32,000 nucleotides of DNA from Dickeya dadantii NCPPB 898. Lineage in GTDB: Bacteria; Pseudomonadota; Gammaproteobacteria; Enterobacterales; Enterobacteriaceae. Under the pieces are notes generated by a model. That model ran no database searches and was not told the origin of the DNA. It worked only from the letters and a program-made list of their open reading frames with translations. The position numbers and the translations under genes were made by a program. The DNA lies in assembly GCF_000406145.1 (NCBI RefSeq), contig NZ_CM001976.1, forward strand, positions 1,237,263 through 1,269,262, read 5' to 3'. Positions 1-8,745 of the stretch are shown one piece after another; position 1 is the stretch's first letter; each line of letters starts with the position of its first letter.

Positions 1-2602
1 CATCGGCGACGCCGTGCAAACTGTGGCGCATCAGCGTCATGGCGGCGGTTTCCACGGCGATATCGCTGCCGCCGCCCATGGCGATCCCCACGTCGGCCTG
101 CGCCAGCGCCGGCGCGTCGTTGATACCGTCGCCAATCATGGCGACCCGTTTTCCCAGTGATTGCAGATGGCGAATGGCGTCCGCTTTGCCGTCCGGCAGT
201 ACCCCGGCGATGATCTGATCGATGCCGGCTTCGCGGGCAATGGCCTGGGCCGTCGTCGGATTATCGCCGGTCAACATCACCAACTGATAGCCCTGACGGT
301 GCAGCCGTTGTAATGCGCTGATGCTGTCCTGACGCAGGGTGTCCTGCACTGAAAACAGCGCCGCCACCTGACCGTTCGCTACCAGCAGCACCGGCGTCAT
401 GCCGAGCGCCGACTGGTTCTCCAGCCAGTCGCGCGGCGAGTTTTCGCCGCCAGCCAGCGGGATCTGGTGCTGCGCCAGCAGCGCCGGGTTGCCGAGCAGC
501 AGCGACGCGCCGTCGACCTGACCGCTGACGCCCAAACCGGGCAGGGTGCGGAATTGCGTGACGTCGCCCAGTTCTACGCCATCAGCTCGCTGAACAATCG
601 CCAGCGCCAGCGGGTGGCTGGCTCCCTGTTCCAGCGACGCGGCCCAGCGCAGCGCCTGCGATTCGCTGATATCGCCAAAGGTGTGGATCGCCACTACGCG
701 CGGTTTGCCTTCCGTCAACGTTCCGGTTTTATCGAATACCAGCACGTCAAGCTGGCTGGCTTGTTGCAGCGCATCGGCGTCCCGCACCAGTACGCCCAGC
801 TCAGCAGCCCGCCCGACGCCGGAGATAATCGACATCGGCGTCGCCAGCCCCAGCGCGCAAGGACAGGCGATGATCAGCACCGTAGTCACAATCACCAGCG
901 TGTACACGATATGGGGCGCCGGGCCGACAACGTACCAGATGGCGCCGCTCAGCAGCGCTATCGCCACTACCACCGGTACGAAGACGGCGGAAATCCGGTC
1001 GGCCAACTGGCCTATCGCCGGTTTGCTGCTCTGCGCCTGGCGCACCAGATGAATGATGCGCGCCAGCGTGGTCTGATTACCGATCGCGCCTGCACGTAAC
1101 GTGGCGCTGCCGTCCTGCACCTGGGTTCCGGCGTGCACCTTGTCGCCGGCCGCTTTCTGTTGCGGGATCGGCTCGCCGGTGAGCATGGCTTCGTCAATCC
1201 ACAGCTCCCCCTGTTCAAGCAGGCCATCCACCGGAATGCGGTCGCCGGTGGTCAGCCGCAGCGCCATGCCGGTTTGCACCTCTGCCAGCGGAATAACGCG
1301 GTCGCCTTGCGGCGTCACCAGCCGCGCGGTCGGCGGCGTCAAATCCAGCAGGCGTTCCAGCGCCTGAGAGGAACGCTGACGGGCACCTTGTTCCAGAGCG
1401 TGGCCGAGATTGATCAGGCCGATAATCATGGCGCTGGCTTCGTAATAAAGATGACGCGCTTCCATCGGGAACCACGCCGGCCACAGGTTGACGGTAATGG
1501 AGTAAAGCCAGGCGGCGCCGGTGCCGAGCGCGACCAGCGTATCCATGGTCGCGCTGCGGTTTATCAGGCTACGCCAGGCATTGCGATAGAAATGCCCGCC
1601 GGCGGCGATCATGACCGCCAGCGTCAGCCCACCGACCAATAACCACCCGGAGCGGTTGTCGTCGGTGAGCATCATGTTATCGCCGATCATACCCCAGACC
1701 ATCAGCGGGATACCGAGCGCCAGCCCCAGTGCGGCCTGCCAGCGAAAACGTCGGATAGCCTGACGAGACGTTTGCTCCTGCCGGGCGCGCCGCTCGGCTT
1801 CATCAAGAATGATTTCTGCGCCGTAGCCTGCGTTTTGTACTGCATCGATCAGCGCCTGATGCGGCATGTCGCCGCTGACCAGCGCGCTGCGCTCGGCCAG
1901 ATTGACGCGCGCCTGCGTAACGCCGGGGACGCTTTGCAGCGCCCGCTGTACCCGGCTGACGCAACTGGCGCAGCTCATGCCGCTCAGCAACAGTTGGACG
2001 CTGTCGTTATCATGAACGCTGTCGTTATCATGAACGTTGCTGATGTCATGAATGCCGCCGTTATCATGAATACGGTTGCCATCATCATGGGCGACGTTGT
2101 CATCATGAACGGTGTTTGCCGGAACCGGGTTGAAAGCCGCTGACAGCCTGTCCGGCGAGGAGGCGTGGGGTGTCAGCGGCTCAGATTTTGGGAGGGTGTT
2201 CTCCTGCGCCAGCGTGGCATGAAAACCGGCTTGTTCGATCGCCTGCACCAGCGCCAGTGGTTCGGCATCGCCATAGACTGCCGCCTGTTGTAGGGTAACG
2301 TCCGTCGCCGCTACGCCTGGCACCGCTTGCAGCGCTTTGCGGGTCGATGCGACGCAATGCTGGCAGTTGAGGCCGGAGAGCTGCAAGGTGATATTCGGCA
2401 CGGTAGCTGGGCTGGCTTCATAGCCGGCGGCTTCGATTGTCGCTACCAGCGACTGGCTATCGGCTTCGCCGGTGACGTTGGCGTATTTCAGCGATACATC
2501 AGCCTGTTCCACATCCGGGCGGGCTTCCAGGGCTTTTTTTACCCTGCCGACGCAGTGTTCGCAGGATAATCCCTGCAATGAAAGCAGTATGGTTTGCGAC
2601 AT
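1..2602 (-). CDS. copA: Cu(I)-exporting P1B-type ATPase CopA; the 3' end runs off the window (867 codons present)
   Basis: The minus-strand frame is open from the ATG at 2602..2600 to position 1. It is absent from the ORF track because it is truncated. My translation starts [17 protein letters not shown]. It contains three CxxC HMA domains (CEHC, CQHC, CASC), the CPC motif ([13 protein letters not shown]), DKTGTLT and GDGINDAP. It is near-colinear with E. coli CopA as I remember it. Confidence 0.95.
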   Translation of the reverse strand, partial: MSQTILLSLQGLSCEHCVGRVKKALEARPDVEQADVSLKYANVTGEADSQSLVATIEAAGYEASPATVPNITLQLSGLNCQHCVASTRKALQAVPGVAATDVTLQQAAVYGDAEPLALVQAIEQAGFHATLAQENTLPKSEPLTPHASSPDRLSAAFNPVPANTVHDDNVAHDDGNRIHDNGGIHDISNVHDNDSVHDNDSVQLLLSGMSCASCVSRVQRALQSVPGVTQARVNLAERSALVSGDMPHQALIDAVQNAGYGAEIILDEAERRARQEQTSRQAIRRFRWQAALGLALGIPLMVWGMIGDNMMLTDDNRSGWLLVGGLTLAVMIAAGGHFYRNAWRSLINRSATMDTLVALGTGAAWLYSITVNLWPAWFPMEARHLYYEASAMIIGLINLGHALEQGARQRSSQALERLLDLTPPTARLVTPQGDRVIPLAEVQTGMALRLTTGDRIPVDGLLEQGELWIDEAMLTGEPIPQQKAAGDKVHAGTQVQDGSATLRAGAIGNQTTLARIIHLVRQAQSSKPAIGQLADRISAVFVPVVVAIALLSGAIWYVVGPAPHIVYTLVIVTTVLIIACPCALGLATPMSIISGVGRAAELGVLVRDADALQQASQLDVLVFDKTGTLTEGKPRVVAIHTFGDISESQALRWAASLEQGASHPLALAIVQRADGVELGDVTQFRTLPGLGVSGQVDGASLLLGNPALLAQHQIPLAGGENSPRDWLENQSALGMTPVLLVANGQVAALFSVQDTLRQDSISALQRLHRQGYQLVMLTGDNPTTAQAIAREAGIDQIIAGVLPDGKADAIRHLQSLGKRVAMIGDGINDAPALAQADVGIAMGGGSDIAVETAAMTLMRHSLHGVAD
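2000..2110 (-). repeat. In-frame 18-nt tandem repeat (about 6 units, the first two identical) encoding a His/Asp-rich linker in CopA
   Basis: Plus-strand units are: gctgtcgttatcatgaac at 2000-2017 and 2018-2035 (identical); gttgctgatgtcatgaat; gccgccgttatcatgaat; a 21-nt variant; and gacgttgtcatcatgaac. On the coding strand this reads [38 protein letters not shown], located between HMA2 and HMA3. Confidence 0.9.
2136..2192 (-). promoter_or_regulatory. Putative -1 programmed ribosomal frameshift cassette in copA (slippery C_CCA_AAA, 5-nt spacer, 10-bp stem-loop)
   Basis: On the coding strand, codons 137-139 read CTC CCA AAA (heptamer CCCAAAA at 2192..2186). The -1 frame then reads ATC TGA, so it stops after one codon. 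Five nt downstream, GCCGCTGACA (2180..2171) pairs perfectly with TGTCAGCGGC (2145..2136) across a 25-nt loop. E. coli copA uses C_CCA_AAG plus a downstream structure at the homologous HPKAKPL position (here LPKSEPL). Confidence 0.55.
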
Positions 2603-2685
2603 AATAATATTCCTCAGTGATCACAGCCGAACGTCAAAGACATTGACCGCAAGCGTGATTTTGATTAGTTCTAAGCACTACCTGA

Positions 2686-2716
2686 AGCGTAAACCTTCCA
2701 GCAAGGGAAGGGTCAA
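2686..2716 (-). promoter_or_regulatory. copA promoter with a CueR (MerR-type) operator inside a 19-bp spacer
   Basis: The minus strand reads TTGACC-CTTCCCTTGCTGGAAGGTT-TACGCT. This gives a -35 TTGACC, an over-long 19-bp spacer containing the dyad CCTTCC-N6-GGAAGG (2694..2711), and a -10 TACGCT. It is almost identical to the E. coli PcopA sequence I remember (TTGACCTTCCCCTTGCTGGAAGGTTTAACCT). Confidence 0.8.
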
Positions 2717-2725
2717 GGGGGAATC

Positions 2726-3148
2726 ATGAATATCAGCGATGTGGCGAAAAAAACCGGGCTGACCAGCAAGACCATCCGTTTCTATGAAGAAAAAGGGCTG
2801 ATGACGGCGCCGCTGCGATGTGAAAATGGTTACCGCAGTTATGATCTCCACCATATTGAGGAACTGACCTTGTTGCGTCAGGCGCGTCAGGTGGGGTTCA
2901 CGCTGGAGGAGTGCCGCGAACTGGTGACGTTGTTCAATGACCCGCTACGGCACAGCGCCGACGTTAAGGCGCGTACATTGCAGAAAGTGGACGATATCGA
3001 ACAGCAGATCGAGGAACTCAAGGCGATGCGTCAGCGTCTGCTTGCGCTGGCGGAGTCCTGCCCCGGCGACAGTAGCGCCGAGTGCCCGATCATTACTCAA
3101 CTGGCGGGCTGCTGCCACGCATCGTCAGGAGAGCATGGCAAGCATTAG
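2726..3148 (+). CDS. cueR: Cu(I)-responsive MerR-family transcriptional activator CueR
   Basis: This is the 140-aa ORF from the track. It has an N-terminal MerR HTH ([25 protein letters not shown]) and a C-terminal metal loop [10 protein letters not shown]. An AGGGGG Shine-Dalgarno sits upstream. The gene is divergent from copA. Confidence 0.93.
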   Translation: MNISDVAKKTGLTSKTIRFYEEKGLMTAPLRCENGYRSYDLHHIEELTLLRQARQVGFTLEECRELVTLFNDPLRHSADVKARTLQKVDDIEQQIEELKAMRQRLLALAESCPGDSSAECPIITQLAGCCHASSGEHGKH

Positions 3149-3256
3149 CGGCTATTAGTGTCCATCAACGGTGTGTTCATCAACGGTTAGTGTTCATAAA
3201 CGGTTAGTGTCCATTAGCGGTGATGCCATCTAACGGTTATGTCATCGGATAGCGGC
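3143..3256. repeat. Degenerate 15-19-bp tandem array (about 7 units, consensus TAGTGTYCATYAACGGT) between convergent cueR and ybbJ
   Basis: The units are: cattagcggc (3143-3152, overlapping the cueR TAG); tagtgtccatcaacggt (3156-3172); gtgttcatcaacggt (3173-3187); tagtgttcataaacggt (3188-3204); tagtgtccattagcggt (3205-3221); gatgccatctaacggt (3222-3237); tatgtcatcggatagcggc (3238-3256). Confidence 0.8.
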
Positions 3257-3292
3257 AACGTCGCGTATCAACGAAATGCACGCCCCGGCGTA

Positions 3293-3742
3293 TCAGGTAC
3301 GCGGCCGCACCCGCAGCGTAATCCCTTCCACGGCGACAATCTCCACCACCGTACCGGCGGGTAAATCCTGTTCCGCTTGTACCCGCCAACTGCTGTCGCC
3401 GATGTTGACCCGACCGAAGCCGTTAACCAACGGTTCGGTCAGCGTGGTATGCAGACCAATCAATTGCTGTCCGCGCTGGTTGAGCACCGGGGGCGGTTGC
3501 TTTTCGATGCGCCGACGCAGCCACTGCCACCACAGCAGCGCCGCCACCACCGTCAGCACGGCGAAGGCGATGCATTGCCATGTCCAGTCCAACGGCAACA
3601 GCCAGGCGAGGATCCCGGTAAGCAGCGCGGCGATGCCGCTCCACAGCAGATAACCGCCGGCGCCCAGCATTTCCGCCGCCAGCAGCAAGCCGCCGAGCGA
3701 TAGCCAGAACCAGTGGGCGTTTTCCAGCACCAGCGCGATCAT
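3293..3742 (-). CDS. ybbJ: NfeD-family inner-membrane protein YbbJ
   Basis: This is the 149-aa ORF from the track. It has hydrophobic N-terminal helices and a C-terminal OB-like NfeD domain ([12 protein letters not shown]...VEGITLRV). It sits 2 nt downstream of qmcA, as in the E. coli qmcA-ybbJ operon. Confidence 0.88.
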   Translation of the reverse strand: MIALVLENAHWFWLSLGGLLLAAEMLGAGGYLLWSGIAALLTGILAWLLPLDWTWQCIAFAVLTVVAALLWWQWLRRRIEKQPPPVLNQRGQQLIGLHTTLTEPLVNGFGRVNIGDSSWRVQAEQDLPAGTVVEIVAVEGITLRVRPRT

Positions 3743-3744
3743 GA

Positions 3745-4659
3745 TTACTTTCTCCGGTCCGCCTGGCTCTCTTTAATCAGCTCGCTGATGCCGCCGATGG
3801 TGCCCATCAGGTTGCTGGCGTCGAGCGGCATCATAATGACTTTGCTGTTGCCGGCGGCGCCGATGGTCTGCAACGCGTCGGTGTATTTCTGCGCCACGAA
3901 GTAGTTGATGGCCTGAATGTTGCCGGCGGCGATCGCTTCGGACACCATCTGGGTGGCGCGGGCTTCAGCCTCGGCGGCGCGCTCGCGGGCTTCCGCTTCG
4001 AGGAAGGCGGATTGACGTTCCCCCTCGGCTTTAAGAATTTGCGCCTGCTTTTCCCCTTCGGCTTTCAGGATGGCTGCCTGCCTGATCCCTTCCGCTTCGA
4101 GAATATCAGCACGTTTGGTACGTTCCGCCTTCATCTGGGCGTTCATTGAGGCGATCAGTTCGGCGGGCGGGCGCACGTCGCGGATTTCAATACGGGTGAC
4201 CTTGATGCCCCACGGGTTGGTGGCTTCATCCACGATATGCAGCAGCCGGGTGTTGATGCTATCGCGCTGGGACAGCATTTCATCCAGTTCCATCGAGCCG
4301 AGTACAGTACGGATGTTGGTCATGGTCAGGTTGATGATGGCCAGTTCCAGATTGCTGACTTCATAGGCGGCGCGTGGTGCGTCCACCACCTGAATAAAGC
4401 AGACGGCGTCGATGGTGACGTTGGCGTTGTCCTTGGAGATAATTTCCTGTGAGGGAATTTCCAGCACTTGCTCCATCATATTGATCTTGCGGCCAATTCG
4501 GTCCATGAACGGCACCACCAGATTCAGACCGGGCATCAGAGTGCGGGTGTAGCGGCCAAAACGTTCGACTGTCCACTGGTAGCCCTGCGGCACGATCTTG
4601 ATGCCGGACCAGACAATCACCAGCGCAACGACAATCAGAACCGGAATAAATGTCAGCAT
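3745..4659 (-). CDS. qmcA: SPFH/band-7 (stomatin-like) membrane protein QmcA
   Basis: This is the 304-aa ORF. It reads ...[21 protein letters not shown]...[12 protein letters not shown]..., followed by the A/E-rich coiled coil. It is highly similar to E. coli QmcA/YbbK as I remember it. Confidence 0.93.
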   Translation of the reverse strand: MLTFIPVLIVVALVIVWSGIKIVPQGYQWTVERFGRYTRTLMPGLNLVVPFMDRIGRKINMMEQVLEIPSQEIISKDNANVTIDAVCFIQVVDAPRAAYEVSNLELAIINLTMTNIRTVLGSMELDEMLSQRDSINTRLLHIVDEATNPWGIKVTRIEIRDVRPPAELIASMNAQMKAERTKRADILEAEGIRQAAILKAEGEKQAQILKAEGERQSAFLEAEARERAAEAEARATQMVSEAIAAGNIQAINYFVAQKYTDALQTIGAAGNSKVIMMPLDASNLMGTIGGISELIKESQADRRK

Positions 4660-4792
4660 GTGCTTTGCTCTCCATGGTTTTTTCCTGTGGAAAGTGTAAC
4701 GCAGGATGTGGTGACTGGCGTAATAAAGTTGCGGGCGAACAAGGGATTATGCGAACCCGCACGGAAAGCGGGCTGCAATGGCCGGGAGGCGG

Positions 4793-5053
4793 TTACATAT
4801 CCAGTTCGATATCGTCCAGCGGCATACAACAGCAGGGCAGAATTTCGTCCTGTTGCACACAGGCCAGCGGCGTTTCCCGGTAGGCGACCTTGCCTTTGGT
4901 CAACCGTAACCGGCAGGCACCGCAATAACCGGAACGACACTGATATTCGACCGGCACCCGCTGGGATTCGAGCACTTCCAGCAAGGAGGTGTGTTCATCG
5001 GAGCAGAGCAACTGCGCCCCGGAGAGGCGCAGTGTGATGGTGGGAGCGGTCAT
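4793..5053 (-). CDS. yfaE: 2Fe-2S ferredoxin YfaE (maintenance of the NrdB diferric-tyrosyl cofactor)
   Basis: This is the 86-aa ORF with the plant-type ferredoxin cysteines CRSGYCGACRL...CC. It lies immediately downstream of nrdB, as in E. coli. Confidence 0.9.
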   Translation of the reverse strand: MTAPTITLRLSGAQLLCSDEHTSLLEVLESQRVPVEYQCRSGYCGACRLRLTKGKVAYRETPLACVQQDEILPCCCMPLDDIELDM

Positions 5054-5073
5054 CGTGGTTATAAATAATGTAG

Positions 5074-6204
5074 TTACAGCTGGAAGTCGCTGAGGTCGTC
5101 GGTGTTGATTTCCGCGTCAATCTGGCCGACCAGGTAGGAGCTTACCTCCACTTCCTGCGGCGCCACCTGCACGTTGTCCGATACCAGCCAGGCATTGATC
5201 CAGGGAATCGGGTTGGTGCGGGTTTCAAACGGCAACGGCAACCCCACCGCCTGCATACGGATGTTGGTGATGTACTCCACGTACTGGCACAGGATGTCCT
5301 TGTTCAGGCCGATCATCGAGCCGTCGCGGAACAGGTATTCCGCCCACTCTTTCTCCTGCTGGGCAGCCAGCACGAACAGGTCGTAGCACTGCTGCTGACA
5401 CTCTTCCGCCACTTTAGCCATTTCCGGGTCGTCCTGACCGGCGCGCATCAGGTTAAGCATGTGTTGGGTGCCGGTGAGATGCAGCGCTTCGTCACGGGCG
5501 ATCAGCTTGATGATCTTGGCGTTGCCTTCCATCAATTCGCGCTCGGCGAAGGCGAAGGAGCAGGCGAAGCTGACGTAGAAGCGGATGGCTTCCAGCGCGT
5601 TGACGCTCATCAGGCACAGGTAGAGTTTTTTCTTCAACTCATACACGTTGATGTTCACGGTCTTGCCGTTGACCTGATGGGTGCCTTCTCCCAGCAAATG
5701 GTAGTAGCTGGTCAGTTCAATTAGCTCGTCGTAGAACCCGGAGATGTCCTTCGCCCGTTTGAGGATTTCCTCATTGGTGACGATATCGTCAAACACGATC
5801 GACGGATCGTTGACGATATTGCGGATGATATGGGTATAGGAACGAGAGTGGATGGTTTCCGAGAACGCCCAGGTTTCCACCCAGGTTTCCAGCTCCGGGA
5901 TGGAGATCAGCGGCAGCAGCGCGACGTTAGGGCTGCGGCCCTGAATGGAATCCAGCAGCGTTTGGTATTTCAGGTTGCTGATAAAAATGTGTTTTTCGTG
6001 TTCCGGCAATGCCTGATAGTCGATACGGTCGCGGGAGACATCCACCTCTTCCGGGCGCCAGAAGAACGAAAGCTGTTTTTCGATCAGCTTTTCGAAAATT
6101 TCATATTTTTGCTGGTCATAACGCGCCACGTTGACCGGCTGGCCGAAGAACATGGGTTCCAGCAACTGATCGTTTTTATTCTGTGAAAAAGTGGTATAGG
6201 CCAT
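5074..6204 (-). CDS. nrdB: Class Ia ribonucleotide reductase beta subunit NrdB
   Basis: The track ORF is 5074..6219. I trimmed it to the ATG at 6204 ([14 protein letters not shown]...), which matches the E. coli NrdB N-terminus and length (376 aa). A GGAG sits 5 nt upstream. Confidence 0.95.
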   Translation of the reverse strand: MAYTTFSQNKNDQLLEPMFFGQPVNVARYDQQKYEIFEKLIEKQLSFFWRPEEVDVSRDRIDYQALPEHEKHIFISNLKYQTLLDSIQGRSPNVALLPLISIPELETWVETWAFSETIHSRSYTHIIRNIVNDPSIVFDDIVTNEEILKRAKDISGFYDELIELTSYYHLLGEGTHQVNGKTVNINVYELKKKLYLCLMSVNALEAIRFYVSFACSFAFAERELMEGNAKIIKLIARDEALHLTGTQHMLNLMRAGQDDPEMAKVAEECQQQCYDLFVLAAQQEKEWAEYLFRDGSMIGLNKDILCQYVEYITNIRMQAVGLPLPFETRTNPIPWINAWLVSDNVQVAPQEVEVSSYLVGQIDAEINTDDLSDFQL

Positions 6205-6222
6205 GGTTTCTCCAAACAAGCC

Positions 6223-6251
6223 AACAGCGCGACCTGTAAGGCGGCGCTGTT
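6223..6251 (-). other. 8-bp stem / 13-nt loop hairpin in the nrdA-nrdB spacer, just upstream of the nrdB RBS
   Basis: aacagcgc (6223-6230) and gcgctgtt (6244-6251) are perfect reverse complements. Confidence 0.5.
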
Positions 6252-6340
6252 AAACTTTTGGCAACCCAAACGGGTTGCGTCGTCTCTGCGTCAGGCGCTA
6301 TTGGCAGGGCAGCGACGACAGGATTAGGAATATCGTCATG

Positions 6341-6372
6341 CCGGGGAAATCCGCTATCACGGATTTCCCCGG
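6341..6372 (-). other. 13-bp perfect stem-loop immediately 3' of the nrdA stop codon, with no U-tract
   Basis: ccggggaaatccg (6341-6353), loop ctatca, cggatttccccgg (6360-6372). On the mRNA strand it starts 8 nt after the nrdA TAA (6383..6381). No T-run follows, so it is not a classical terminator. Confidence 0.6.
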
Positions 6373-6380
6373 CGTCGTGC

Positions 6381-8669
6381 TTAGATCTTGCAGGCGCCGC
6401 TTTCGCAGCCGTCATCCTGCGGCGCGGTGTCGAGCAGGTCATCCTGCGCGTCTTCGGCGCCGTCGCGGGTGTTTTGATAGTACAGGGTTTTCAACCCGAA
6501 CTTATACGCCGTGAGCAGATCTTTCAGCAACTGGGTCATCGGCACTTTTCCTGACGGGAAACGCGCCGGATCGTAGTTGGTGTTGGAGGAAATCGCCTGA
6601 TCGACGAATTTCTGCATCAGGCCCACCAGTTGCAGGTAACCGTCGTTGGACGGCATGTCCCACAGCAGCTCGTAGGCGTCTTTCAGCGTTTCGTATTCCG
6701 GCACCACCTGACGCAGGATACCGTCTTTCGACGCTTTAACGCTGATATGACCGCGCGGCGGCTCAATACCGTTGGTGGCATTGGAGATCTGCGACGAGGT
6801 TTCAGACGGCATCAGCGCCGACAGCGTGGAGTTGCGCAGGCCATAAGTCTGGATGTCTTTGCGCAGCGCTTCCCAGTCATGGTGCAGTGGTTCGCTGCAG
6901 ATACTGTCCAGATCGCGCTTGTAGCTGTCGATCGGCAAAATGCCCTGCGAATAGGTGGTTTCGTTAAACCACGGGCAGGCACCCTGTTCGCGCGCCAGTT
7001 GGTTCGAGGCTTTCAGCAGATAGTACTGAATCGCTTCGAAGGTGCGGTGCGTCAGGTTGTTGGCGCTGCCGTCGGAGTAGCGTACGCCGTGTTTCGCCAG
7101 ATAGTAAGCGAAGTTGATCACGCCGATGCCCAGCGTACGACGGCCCATCGCACCGCGTTTGGCGGCCGGAATCGGGTAGTCCTGATAGTCGAGCAGGGCA
7201 TCCAGGGCGCGTACCGCCAATGTCGCCAGCTCTTCCAGTTCGTGCAGCGAACTGATGGCGCCCAGGTTGAAGGCCGACAGGGTGCAAAGCGCGATTTCGC
7301 CGCTTTCGTCGTTGACGTCTTCCAGCGGTTTGGTCGGCAGCGCGATTTCCAGACACAGGTTGGACTGGCGCACCGGTGCGACCAGCGGATCAAACGGGCT
7401 GTGCGTGTTGCAGTGGTCGACGTTCTGAATATAGATACGGCCGGTGGAGGCGCGTTCCTGCATCATCAACGAGAACAGTTCCGCCGCCTTGAGCTGCTTC
7501 TTGCGGATGCTGTCGTCCTGCTCATATTTCACGTACAGGCGCTCGAATTCATCCTGATTGGTGAAGAAGGCGTCGTACAACCCCGGCACGTCGGACGGGC
7601 TGAACAGCGTGATGTCTTCGCCTTTGACCAGACGCTGGTACATCAGCTTGTTGAGCTGTACGCCGTAGTCGAGGTGACGCACGCGGTTGCCTTCCACGCC
7701 GCGGTTGTTTTTCAGCACCAGCAGGCTTTCCACTTCCAGATGCCACAGCGGGTAGAACAGCGTAGCCGCACCGCCGCGCACCCCGCCCTGAGAGCAGGAT
7801 TTCACCGCGGTCTGGAAATGTTTGTAGAACGGAATACAGCCGGTGTGGAACGCTTCGCCGCCGCGGATCGGGCTGCCCAGCGCACGGATACGGCCGGCGT
7901 TGATGCCGATGCCGGCGCGCTGGGAGACGTATTTCACGATCGCACTGGAGGTGGCGTTGATGGAATCCAGGCTGTCGCCGCACTCGATCAGCACGCAGGA
8001 GCTGAACTGGCGGGTAGGGGTACGCACGCCGGACATGATCGGCGTCGGCAGCGAAATTTTGAACGTCGATACCGCGTCATAGAAGCGTTTTACATAGTCC
8101 AGACGGGTTTCGCGCGGGTAACCGGAGAACAGGCAGGCGGCGACCAGAATATACAGGAACTGGGCGCTTTCGTAGATGTCACCGGTCACGCGGTTTTGTA
8201 CCAGATATTTCCCTTCCAGCTGTTTTACCGCTGCGTAGGAGAAATTCATGTCACGCCAGTGATCGATGAAAGCGTCCATCTGAGCAAATTCTTCTTCCGT
8301 GTAGTCTTCCAGCAAATGGCGATCGTATTTTCCCATTTCGACCATTTTTATTACGTGGTCGTGCAACTTTGGCGGTTCGAACTGGCCGTAGGCTTTCTTG
8401 CGCAGATGGAAGATAGCCAGACGTGCGGCCAGATACTGGTAGTCCGGGCTTTCGCGGGAGATCAGGTCGGCGGCGGCCTTGATGATGGTTTCGTGGATAT
8501 CGGCGGTCTTGATGCCGTCGTAGAACTGGATGTGAGAACGTAGTTCTACCTGAGAAACCGAGACATTGTGTAACCCTTCTGCTGCCCAGGTAATTACCCG
8601 GTGGATTTTGTCCAGGTTGATGCGTTCTTTACTGCCATCGCGTTTGGTAACAAGCAGACTCTGGTTCAT
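6381..8669 (-). CDS. nrdA: Class Ia ribonucleotide reductase alpha subunit NrdA
   Basis: The track ORF is 6381..8747. I trimmed it to the ATG at 8669 (MNQSLLVTKRDGSKERINLDKIHRV...), which matches the E. coli NrdA N-terminus. The result is 762 aa, ending ...DDGCESGACKI. Confidence 0.95.
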   Translation of the reverse strand: MNQSLLVTKRDGSKERINLDKIHRVITWAAEGLHNVSVSQVELRSHIQFYDGIKTADIHETIIKAAADLISRESPDYQYLAARLAIFHLRKKAYGQFEPPKLHDHVIKMVEMGKYDRHLLEDYTEEEFAQMDAFIDHWRDMNFSYAAVKQLEGKYLVQNRVTGDIYESAQFLYILVAACLFSGYPRETRLDYVKRFYDAVSTFKISLPTPIMSGVRTPTRQFSSCVLIECGDSLDSINATSSAIVKYVSQRAGIGINAGRIRALGSPIRGGEAFHTGCIPFYKHFQTAVKSCSQGGVRGGAATLFYPLWHLEVESLLVLKNNRGVEGNRVRHLDYGVQLNKLMYQRLVKGEDITLFSPSDVPGLYDAFFTNQDEFERLYVKYEQDDSIRKKQLKAAELFSLMMQERASTGRIYIQNVDHCNTHSPFDPLVAPVRQSNLCLEIALPTKPLEDVNDESGEIALCTLSAFNLGAISSLHELEELATLAVRALDALLDYQDYPIPAAKRGAMGRRTLGIGVINFAYYLAKHGVRYSDGSANNLTHRTFEAIQYYLLKASNQLAREQGACPWFNETTYSQGILPIDSYKRDLDSICSEPLHHDWEALRKDIQTYGLRNSTLSALMPSETSSQISNATNGIEPPRGHISVKASKDGILRQVVPEYETLKDAYELLWDMPSNDGYLQLVGLMQKFVDQAISSNTNYDPARFPSGKVPMTQLLKDLLTAYKFGLKTLYYQNTRDGAEDAQDDLLDTAPQDDGCESGACKI

Positions 8670-8745
8670 GTGGCGTAGCACCTGTTTTTTTGACACGTAT
8701 TTTGTTTTGCCTGGCCCACCCGCTTTTTTATTCACAAAAAACGCC

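Noticed and set aside
2380-2420. A possible second frameshift site after the first HMA domain of copA, the position used in E. coli.
   Set aside because: The sequence there (GCC AGC CCA GCT ACC GTG CCG AAT) contains no X_XXY_YYZ heptamer. The only slippery site with an immediate -1 stop is at 2186-2192.
3143-3256. Whether the short tandem array could be a CRISPR array.
   Set aside because: The period is only 15-19 bp and there are no unique spacers between units. The units are degenerate, and no cas genes or leader are present.
6630-8543. A 637-aa ORF on the plus strand opposite nrdA. Similar long ORFs occur at 11302..12906 and 10363..11277 opposite gyrA, 22404..23261 opposite menD, 26560..27576 opposite menE, 28653..29411 opposite yfaY, 24309..25007 opposite menB, and 467..1642 opposite copA.
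   Set aside because: These are antisense shadows of strongly conserved genes in GC-rich DNA. Their translations are low-complexity and rich in R, Q, G, A and V. They have no recognisable motifs and no RBS, while the opposite strand encodes unmistakable orthologues.
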